From Trueperaceae bacterium (lineage in GTDB: Bacteria; Deinococcota; Deinococci; Deinococcales; Trueperaceae), in the NCBI GenBank assembly GCA_040905465.1, contig JBBDRK010000043.1, positions 1 through 64,000 on the forward strand: a stretch of 64,000 nucleotides of DNA. The letters are read 5' to 3'. This document shows positions 18,906 through 26,626 of the stretch, piece by piece; the stretch's first letter is position 1; every line of letters begins with the position of its first letter. The notes under the pieces were generated by a model. That model had not been told where the DNA came from and searched no databases. It saw only the letters and a list, made by a program, of their open reading frames with translations. Both the position numbers and the translations under genes were made by a program.

Positions 18906-19652
18906 ATGATCGACCTTCGAAAACTTGCGCAGTCCCGGACTCCGATCCTCAACGGTTGGCTGAGCATTCCCAGCTCGGTTGTCGCCGAGGTGATGGCGCG
19001 CCAGGGTTTCCACTCGATCTGCATCGACATGCAGCACGGTCTCATCGACTACGGCGATTGCGTGCCGATGTTGCAGGCGATCGGGCAGACGACGGCGGCG
19101 CCACTGGTGCGGGTTCCGTCGCAGGAGCCGGCCATGATGATGAAGGTGCTCGACGCCGGAGCAGCCGGCGTGATCGTCCCGCTCGTCGACAATCTCCGGC
19201 AGGCGGCCACCGCCGTGGCCGCCTGCCGTTATCCGCCACAGGGTCGCCGCAGTTTCGGGCCAACCCGTGCCGCGCTGGTCGCCGGCAGCGATTATCACCT
19301 CTCCGCCAACTACGACATCCTCGTGTTCGCCATGATCGAGACCGTTGACGGGCTTGCCAACCTCCAGGAGATCGTGTGCACGCCGGGCCTTGACGGCATC
19401 TACATCGGACCCTCCGACCTCAGTTATGCCCTCGGCCTGCCGCCGCGCATGGACAACGATCATCCCGATCATCTGGCCGCGGTGGAGCTCATCTTGAACT
19501 CCTGCCGCGAGCAGTCGCTGATAGTGGGCATCCATACCGCCGATCCGGAGTTCGCCCAGGGCGCGCTGCAGCGGGGGGCAGACATGGTGACGATCGCAAC
19601 CGACATCGCCTGCATGCGGCAGGAAGCCCAGCGGCGCCTTTCGTACTTCTGA
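18906..19652 (+). CDS. HpcH/HpaI class II aldolase
   Basis: IDMQHG, LVRVP, LDAGAAGVIVP, YPPQGRRS, MIET, IGPSDLS; start moved to ATG 18906. Confidence 0.92.
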   Translation: MIDLRKLAQSRTPILNGWLSIPSSVVAEVMARQGFHSICIDMQHGLIDYGDCVPMLQAIGQTTAAPLVRVPSQEPAMMMKVLDAGAAGVIVPLVDNLRQAATAVAACRYPPQGRRSFGPTRAALVAGSDYHLSANYDILVFAMIETVDGLANLQEIVCTPGLDGIYIGPSDLSYALGLPPRMDNDHPDHLAAVELILNSCREQSLIVGIHTADPEFAQGALQRGADMVTIATDIACMRQEAQRRLSYF

Positions 19653-19748
19653 AGTTCGGCCGTCAGTACTCGGAAGTACGGCTCTCCTTGCCCTGACCGC
19701 TGGCCACGCTCCCGCCGCGGACGCCGGCAGCTGACGCTTTGGCATTGC

Positions 19749-20117
19749 CTACTCCAAGAACCCGCACTTCCAAAGGCACCACATCCACAACCCTCGGGCC
19801 GAGCGGTAGGAGACGAGGATGATGGCGACCGCGCTGACCCCGATGACGGGCAGGAAGCCGGGGAAGATGCCGAAAAGCAGTCCTAATATCACACCTTCGA
19901 CGATCAACAGGGCACAGGCGATGAGATACATCAGGAACGCCGTGCCCATCCAGGCACTACCGTCGCCCTCGAAGGCCATTCCGCAGACGTCACAATAGTT
20001 GCGGGGCCTCAACGGTCCGTGGAAGAGCCTCCCCAGGATGCAGTTCGGACAGTTGCCGAGAATCGCACTGCGGAGCATGGTGGGCAGGGGCAGGCGCTGT
20101 TGCCGGGGCGCTGCCAT
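19749..20117 (-). CDS. DUF983-like membrane protein
   Basis: CPNCxxGRLF...CDVCG followed by two TM helices. Confidence 0.7.
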   Translation of the reverse strand: MAAPRQQRLPLPTMLRSAILGNCPNCILGRLFHGPLRPRNYCDVCGMAFEGDGSAWMGTAFLMYLIACALLIVEGVILGLLFGIFPGFLPVIGVSAVAIILVSYRSARGLWMWCLWKCGFLE

Positions 20118-20212
20118 GGTGAGTCCAGTATGGACCTTCGGGGCAGTGCCGATCCGTAATCCGAGCGCGGGCTGCTCGAGGCGCGACGGCGTGGTTTCGG
20201 AACGGCAGAACA

Positions 20213-20247
20213 CGGCCGGAGGGGAGTGTCCGAATCCCCTCCGGCCG
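20213..20247 (-). terminator. Intrinsic terminator of the lipoprotein gene
   Basis: 13-bp perfect stem CGGCCGGAGGGGA / TCCCCTCCGGCCG, followed by TGTTCT on the minus strand. Confidence 0.7.
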
Positions 20248-20275
20248 GCGATTAGTCTGGCTCGGGTCTACCTGC

Positions 20276-21187
20276 TCAATTGGCAGCTATCGGAGACCCG
20301 TTGTAGGTAGCCGACGCGGTGTCACAGGCGTAGTTGACGGAAACGTCGTTGCCGGCGTTGTCACTGTACTTCGCCGCCCCGCTGGCGTAGCCGGTGGCGC
20401 AGGTCCTGTCGACCGACAGAGAGGGACTCGTTGCCACGCTCAGGCTGTAGTTGTCGCCGTCGTCGTTGAGGTTGAGGTTACCGGTAAAGCTCAGGTTTCC
20501 GGAGGCGAACGGGTCGGCCTGATTGTCGGCAAGGTAGGTCTGGTCGAAGTCGAAGCCGATGGTGAACGATCCGTCCGGTCCGGTTGCCGAGAAGCCGAAG
20601 TCGAAGACAGCGTCGTAGGTGGCGCCCGAGATGGTGAGGTCGAAGTCCAGGTCGAAAGTGAGGGTGGCGCTGTCGCTGCCCTGGCCGAACTGGTACTCCA
20701 GCGCCGTCATCTTCATGGAGTAGCCGCTGTTGCTGTCGTTGTCGTTCTTGTCCGCCAGGGAAGCTGACCCGGTCAGGCTGTATTGGTAGCTGTCTTCCGG
20801 GGCGCTTGAGCAGTCGTAGGTGTAGGTGGCGTTCACCGGCACGGAGTCGCCGTCCGCGTCGGTCGTGTTGCCACTCTCGACTACGCAGTCGTCAGTCTGC
20901 TGAGCCGAAATGCCCGACGTGCTTAGAGTGTTTACCAGTGGTCGCGGAACCTGCGCCCCGCTCAGTGTCGTCACGCTGGCGGTCTGTATCTGCATCGGCT
21001 CCTGGAGCATCGCCAGCTGGAACTCGGAACCCTGGACCGCCAGTTCCTGGTACTCGGCCGCGGTCTCCTGGTTCAATTCCTGGCTCTCGCCGGAACCGCC
21101 GCCTGTGTTCGTACCTCCCGGGCCGCCACAGGCAGCCAGGAACGTCATGGTGGCCAAAAGGCCGATCGGTAAAAGAAGCTTCTTCAT
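20276..21187 (-). CDS. Hypothetical beta-rich lipoprotein
   Basis: MKKLLLPIGLLATMTFLAAC lipobox, Gly linker, acidic S/T/D-rich beta strands; AGGGAGG RBS. Confidence 0.85.
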   Translation of the reverse strand: MKKLLLPIGLLATMTFLAACGGPGGTNTGGGSGESQELNQETAAEYQELAVQGSEFQLAMLQEPMQIQTASVTTLSGAQVPRPLVNTLSTSGISAQQTDDCVVESGNTTDADGDSVPVNATYTYDCSSAPEDSYQYSLTGSASLADKNDNDSNSGYSMKMTALEYQFGQGSDSATLTFDLDFDLTISGATYDAVFDFGFSATGPDGSFTIGFDFDQTYLADNQADPFASGNLSFTGNLNLNDDGDNYSLSVATSPSLSVDRTCATGYASGAAKYSDNAGNDVSVNYACDTASATYNGSPIAAN

Positions 21188-21296
21188 TCTTCCTCCCTTA
21201 TGGCATGTCTGCAGTGCAGACCGTGAGGCGCATGCGTGCCCGGGCAATGGCTTGCCCGCCTGGCGCCGTGGGTCGGTCTGCCTGCACGCGAATTGC

Positions 21297-21329
21297 ACGG
21301 TAGTGGAACAGGCGTTACGCGGCCGTTAA
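21297..21329 (-). promoter_or_regulatory. Putative SARP-activated promoter (direct repeat plus -10)
   Basis: Minus strand TTAAC-N6-GTAAC-GCC-N8-TACCGT. Confidence 0.55.
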
Positions 21330-21372
21330 TGCCGTTTTGCCGGGCCAACCGGCGCACCCCGCAAACACGATG

Positions 21373-21390
21373 GTAAAGGGAAAGTAATGC
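21373..21390 (+). promoter_or_regulatory. Putative SARP box upstream of the giant lipoprotein
   Basis: GTAAA-N6-GTAAT-GC with the same 11-bp period; no clear -10 at the matching distance. Confidence 0.4.
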
Positions 21391-21450
21391 TTGTGTAGCG
21401 CCCACTTGGATACGGTCTGCTGAATCCAGACTGCCCTCGAAGGAGCTCCC

Positions 21451-24400
21451 ATGCCTAAACTCTTGCCACTGAAACTCATTCCGATCGTGCTCATGCTCGC
21501 GCTCGCTGGTTGCTTCACCGCCCCCACCCCGCCGGACGACGGCGGAAGTGGAGGCGGCGGATCGGACACCGGCGGGCCACGGATGATGATCTCCAGCCCC
21601 GAAGAGGGCGCGCAGCTCAGTGGAGCGAGCTACTTCAGCGTGCAGGCAATGGACGAGAGCGAGGTCGACCGGGTCGACTTCAGCGCCGGCGATCAGGTAC
21701 TGGACCTCGATGCCGACGGTGAGAACAAGTTCCGGCGATTCCTGATTCCCGCAGACTATTCGGCGGGCGAACTCGAAGTAGTTGCTACCGCTCACGGCAA
21801 GAACGGCAAGAGGACGACTCGCAGCGTGACCGTGGAGGTCGTGCACGATCCGCCGTCGAGCAAGACGCTGGGTGGGAATGGCGGAACCGTGGGCGACTTC
21901 GAGGAGAGCGGGGCGCTAAGTACCCTGACTCTGCTTCCCGGAACCGCAGAAGGTTCAACCTTGTCGTTCGAGACCCGTACGCAGCAGCAGATCAAAGCTG
22001 ACACCGGGGTCGACTATGAAGCGCTCGGCGTGACCTTCCTGGGCGCCCAGCAGTTCACGATCGATGCCGAAGTCGATACCCCGTTGCTGGTGACGTCGGG
22101 CGGTTTCGGGCCGCAGGTGCAGCCGGGCCAGACGGTGGTGAACTATGCGATAGTGCCGGACGGCAACGGCGACGGCAATGACGACTTGACCGTTCTGAAT
22201 ACCGCCAGCGTGGCGCCCAATGGCGACGTCGTCTCCGACCCGGTGGCGCGACCACAAGTTTCGGACACCGTGGTGGTCGGCACCTCGGGGGCCGTCAAGA
22301 GCCTGGGTGCTGCCGACGCGCGCAACCGATTCAAAGCGCTAGGCCTCGTCATGCAGTCGAGCCACATATCGGGCCCGCCCGGAACCTCGTTGAGCTTCGA
22401 AGCGCAGGGATTCAACGCCGCGTCGCCCCTCGGGAACAAGGCGATCTTCTGTCCGGACGGAACCGACCTCGAGTACGAATCGTACGGCATGGTGAGCGAA
22501 ACCGGCTCTGGCAGCCTGAAGTTCGACGTGGCGATCCCGCCGCTCCCGCCCGGACCGGCCACCCTGAAACTGCGAAACGAGAGCACCGGCTTTGAAACCG
22601 AGGTCGCGCTGAACGTTGAGGCCGCCCCGTCGTTGAGTTCGCCGGCCGCGGAGATCATCGACGGCCATCTGACTTCTCGCATAGCCGACCTGCTGGCCGT
22701 TCGCACCCTGGCCAGGGATCTCATTCGCGACGAGGGAATTCCCGTCAACCCGGACTTCATGGCCCAGCTCGACAGCCTCCTAGCCAGCTTCAGTGACCTT
22801 CGTGATGGCTATCGCGAGACCTACGCCTCGTCAGACCCCGATGTCCAGGACGCCCTGGAGGGCTTGGCGGCCGCGGTCGAGCAGGGTCAGTCCGGCCACC
22901 AGGGCCAGTCGATCGGTACCATCGGGCAGCAGTCGTTGCAACCGCAGGTAACCTGCAGCGAAGGTGAGGCGCTCCTCTCCGACGCGCTGGACGGCATCAT
23001 GCTGATAGACGCTACCCTGACCGCCGGCGCCTGCGTCACCGCCTTGGCGACTGCCGGCGGGGGCGCGCCCTTGTGCGTGTTCGGCGCAACAGTATTCATC
23101 ATCGGGACAGCCATCGACTACACAGACATCGTTCCCGACTGCGGTGAAGACGAGCCGCCGCCCCCTTTCGGACCGCCAGGCGGTGGGAGCGGCAGTGGGG
23201 GCGGCTCCGGCGGTTCAGGAGGCAACGGCAGTCTGCGCATGACCGGCATGGGTGCTGCGCTTCCGCTCGGCGGAAACTTTGGAGGCAACGTAGCGCCCGG
23301 TGCGGGTGGTGCAAACACGGCCTCTCTGGGGACGAGCTCTGCGTCTAGTGCCACTTCGCCTCATTCGACCATTTCGCCTCATTCGACCACGGCGGCTACC
23401 GACTTTGCCGGTCGCTACCGGATCACCGTCTATACCGGCGGCTCGCCCCAGCCGTTCACCGGCGTCACCGACGCAGGGGGATACTTCTTTTCGCCGCTAC
23501 TGCCGGCGGGCCAGGATTTCCTTGCCACAGCAGTCGATACATTGACCGGTGAGTCCAGAGACATCCGAGGAGTCGGGCCGGCGGTGGGCGAGGGTCTTTA
23601 CGTCACCTTCGACTTTTCTTCCAGCAACATCGCACCGAGCGCCGATGCCGGCGTCAACCAGTCGGTGAAGGTCGGCGACGCGGTGTCCCTGGACGGCAAC
23701 GCGTCCTCGGACCCTGACGGTGATGAGCTCAGCTTCTCCTGGTCGTTCACCTCCAAGCCTGGGGGGAGCACCGCCACCCTCGAGAACTCCGAAACCAGCA
23801 CGCCGAGCATGGTTCCCGATATTGCCGGCGACTACGTCATAGAGCTGACGGTGGACGATGGAATCGACAGCAACAGCGACAGCGTCACGATCAGCGCCAG
23901 CGAAGTGGCACAGAACAGCGCGCCGATAGCCCAAGCCGGCAGCGATCAGACCGTCAATGCCGGCCAGGGCGTCACGCTCGACGGTAGCGGCTCGTCCGAC
24001 CCCGACGGAGATGACGCTTCACTAACCTACCTCTGGTCGTTCCTCGACAAACCCGTCGCCAGTAGTGCCGCCCTCGCCTCAGCGACCAGCGCGACGGCTA
24101 GCTTCACGGCTGACGCGGCCGGCACCTATAGTCTGCAACTGGAGGTCTCGGACGGCGAAGCACAAGGGGTGGATACGATGACGGTGACGGCGGAGAGCCT
24201 GGGCACTCCGCTTTCCTACGACGAAACAGCGATCGGCTCGCTCGATATGGGTGAGGTCGACTCGTACGTGTTCGACGGCAACGCCGACGACTTGGTAGTG
24301 GTGACCGGCGAGCGCTCCGGCTCCAGCCTCGACGGTGACGTGACGCTGTCGCTCGCTGCCGGCACGGAGTTGGACACCGCATCGTTCGCATACTCCCTGG

Positions 24401-26547
24401 GTGTCATGTTCGTCACGCTGCCCGAGACAGGCCAGTACGTCATAGATGTCGCGGGGGCATGGGAAAGCGAAACCGGCGGCTACCAATTGGGTCTGTACCA
24501 ACCATCGCTCGAGGTCCTCGACAGCAACCTGACTGGCGAGGTACTCAGCGACGAGCGAGCCTTCTACGCCTTCAACGCTACCGCCGGACAGCAGGTCAAG
24601 ACGAAGGTACTGTCCGCTGACGACGGCAGCATGGCGAGCAAGATCCTCGACTCGAATGGAGACCTGTTCACCCAGTCGCTGCCCAAGGAGATTGCGCAGG
24701 ACGGGCAGTACCTGGTCATGATCGAACCGTGGTCCGGCGGCAGCTATGTTGCCGGGTTGGCCGAGATCCAGCAGCCAACCCCGATATCCTTTGGCGCCAG
24801 CGCAAGTCACGGACGGTTCCTGGGGGACGCCAGCATCGATGTGGTGGGAGACGAGCACTACTACCTCGTGGACGCAATCGCCGGCGATGGGATCCATGTC
24901 TCGTTGAGCGAATTCGGCGGAACGCCTATCGAAAATGTGACGCTGGAGCTCAAGATCGACAACGGAACTGTACGCGGATCGTACTTGGAGAGCCGCGGCG
25001 CCATAGGCGGGGCCCGCTCGGGAGACGATCAGGTGTTCAACGAACTCGGCACCAAGCTGCCCAGCAGCGGTAGCTACCTGATCAGGGTGGACGGCCGGGA
25101 CGAGTACATGGGCGGCTACCAGTTGCGTGTCGACCTTGCTCCTGGCGGGGGCTCGCTGCTCATCGATGACGACGGCGCCCAATGCCCGGCTGCCGACTCC
25201 AAGTCGCTGCCCGCCGCACTGTTCGCTGTCGATGCCGGCGGACAGGTCACGATGTGCGATGGGTTCTATCAGGAGGTGCTCACCTCCTACATCGAACTCG
25301 ACAACATCATCCTCTCAGGCGCCAGTCGATCCGCGGTCGTCCTGAGCGGAGGCAAGTACCTTCCTCTGCAGATCTACGCTCAGGGAGCAACCGTCGAGAA
25401 TCTGACGATTCGTGGAGCGGACCATAGCAGCGGTAACGCGGTGATGATCGCCAGCGGCGGAGAATCGGCGCTGTTCGACACGGTAAGGATCGAGCCTCAC
25501 ACCAATCAGGCGTCGTTGTCGAGAGGCATCAACGGTCTCGAGAACCACAGTACGGTGCGCAACAGCGTCTTCGTCGACGCCGGAAGCGCCATCGACCTCG
25601 ACGGCGCCAGCGGAATCCTCATTACCGGCAACCAGTTTCTCGGGCTCGACAGCAAGATCTACGGATTCGGTGCCACCCCGGACGACCCCAACGCCTCCGC
25701 CGTGACGGTCAGCAACAACACCTTCGATCTCGCCAAGGCTCGGTCGATTTCATTGACGGGCGGCGGTCACCAGATAGTGGACAACACCCTCACCATCGGT
25801 GCCGGCTTCGGTTCCGACGTGATCGTGGTCAACAACATGGGTGCCGGGCCCATCCAGCCGACCCTTATTAGCGGCAACACGGTCACGGTTGACAATAGCT
25901 CCGGAGACGCGACCGTCCTCGACCTCTCGATGGCCGGTGGAACGGCAGATCTTACGATCGAGCGGAACCGGGTGGACTTCGGTCACGCGGACGGCGGCCG
26001 TTTCCTCGACATCGTTTCGGGCGGGCCGGGAACCGTGCTGATCCGCAACAACGTCGCCACCGACCTGATGGTTGGCAGGGCTTTCGAGGTCGGCAATGTG
26101 GAGTCGATCTCCCAGTTGAGCATCATCAACAACAGCATGCGGGCAGCGAGCACCGCCTCTACGATCGGCGACGGTTTCCTGATCTCGCTCCAGGGAACCG
26201 TTGCCTCGGCGACCGACCTGCCAGTCACCATCGCAAACAACATCCTGGTGAGCAACAACGAGTTCGGGATCGAAATTCCGGCGAACGCCACCATCGACGC
26301 CGACTTCAACCTCTTCTTCGACACGGCCGGGGACTACTCGGGCGGCACCAACCGCACCGGCGGCAACGACAAGAGCGGTGAGGATCCCCTCTTCGCAGAT
26401 TTCGACCTGCTCACGGTCCAGTCTGGCAGCCCGGCAGTGAACGCCGGAGCCGGGAGCGCCAGCTATTCGGATGTGCCCGCGGTCGACTACAGCGGCAACT
26501 CCCGGCCCCAGAGCGGCACGGTCGATATCGGTGCGCACGAGCAGTAG
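21451..26547 (+). CDS. Giant multidomain surface lipoprotein (Ig-like, IPT-like, two PKD-like, PPC-like repeats, right-handed beta-helix, choice-of-anchor-Q-like end)
   Basis: LALAGC lipobox; NxAPxAxAGxxQxV...LDGxxSSDPDGD twice; many NNT/GNT beta-helix turns; C-terminal SPAVNAG...RPQSGTVDIGAHE; AAGGAG RBS. Confidence 0.85.
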   Translation: MPKLLPLKLIPIVLMLALAGCFTAPTPPDDGGSGGGGSDTGGPRMMISSPEEGAQLSGASYFSVQAMDESEVDRVDFSAGDQVLDLDADGENKFRRFLIPADYSAGELEVVATAHGKNGKRTTRSVTVEVVHDPPSSKTLGGNGGTVGDFEESGALSTLTLLPGTAEGSTLSFETRTQQQIKADTGVDYEALGVTFLGAQQFTIDAEVDTPLLVTSGGFGPQVQPGQTVVNYAIVPDGNGDGNDDLTVLNTASVAPNGDVVSDPVARPQVSDTVVVGTSGAVKSLGAADARNRFKALGLVMQSSHISGPPGTSLSFEAQGFNAASPLGNKAIFCPDGTDLEYESYGMVSETGSGSLKFDVAIPPLPPGPATLKLRNESTGFETEVALNVEAAPSLSSPAAEIIDGHLTSRIADLLAVRTLARDLIRDEGIPVNPDFMAQLDSLLASFSDLRDGYRETYASSDPDVQDALEGLAAAVEQGQSGHQGQSIGTIGQQSLQPQVTCSEGEALLSDALDGIMLIDATLTAGACVTALATAGGGAPLCVFGATVFIIGTAIDYTDIVPDCGEDEPPPPFGPPGGGSGSGGGSGGSGGNGSLRMTGMGAALPLGGNFGGNVAPGAGGANTASLGTSSASSATSPHSTISPHSTTAATDFAGRYRITVYTGGSPQPFTGVTDAGGYFFSPLLPAGQDFLATAVDTLTGESRDIRGVGPAVGEGLYVTFDFSSSNIAPSADAGVNQSVKVGDAVSLDGNASSDPDGDELSFSWSFTSKPGGSTATLENSETSTPSMVPDIAGDYVIELTVDDGIDSNSDSVTISASEVAQNSAPIAQAGSDQTVNAGQGVTLDGSGSSDPDGDDASLTYLWSFLDKPVASSAALASATSATASFTADAAGTYSLQLEVSDGEAQGVDTMTVTAESLGTPLSYDETAIGSLDMGEVDSYVFDGNADDLVVVTGERSGSSLDGDVTLSLAAGTELDTASFAYSLGVMFVTLPETGQYVIDVAGAWESETGGYQLGLYQPSLEVLDSNLTGEVLSDERAFYAFNATAGQQVKTKVLSADDGSMASKILDSNGDLFTQSLPKEIAQDGQYLVMIEPWSGGSYVAGLAEIQQPTPISFGASASHGRFLGDASIDVVGDEHYYLVDAIAGDGIHVSLSEFGGTPIENVTLELKIDNGTVRGSYLESRGAIGGARSGDDQVFNELGTKLPSSGSYLIRVDGRDEYMGGYQLRVDLAPGGGSLLIDDDGAQCPAADSKSLPAALFAVDAGGQVTMCDGFYQEVLTSYIELDNIILSGASRSAVVLSGGKYLPLQIYAQGATVENLTIRGADHSSGNAVMIASGGESALFDTVRIEPHTNQASLSRGINGLENHSTVRNSVFVDAGSAIDLDGASGILITGNQFLGLDSKIYGFGATPDDPNASAVTVSNNTFDLAKARSISLTGGGHQIVDNTLTIGAGFGSDVIVVNNMGAGPIQPTLISGNTVTVDNSSGDATVLDLSMAGGTADLTIERNRVDFGHADGGRFLDIVSGGPGTVLIRNNVATDLMVGRAFEVGNVESISQLSIINNSMRAASTASTIGDGFLISLQGTVASATDLPVTIANNILVSNNEFGIEIPANATIDADFNLFFDTAGDYSGGTNRTGGNDKSGEDPLFADFDLLTVQSGSPAVNAGAGSASYSDVPAVDYSGNSRPQSGTVDIGAHEQ
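23355..23389 (+). repeat. 18-bp-period tandem duplication within the linker (SPHSTI/SPHSTT)
   Basis: TTCGCCTCATTCGACCA at 23355 and at 23373. Confidence 0.85.
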
Positions 26548-26552
26548 CGAGA

Positions 26553-26601
26553 CTGGCGGCGGGTCGGGAGGTTTCGCGAACCTCTCCGGCCTGCCAGCCA
26601 G
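26553..26601 (+). terminator. Long imperfect GC hairpin after the giant lipoprotein gene
   Basis: CTGGC..GGGAGGTT-tcgcg-AACCTCTCC..GCCAG. Confidence 0.45.
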
Positions 26602-26626
26602 GCTCTTAGACGGCGGATCGTGCCGG

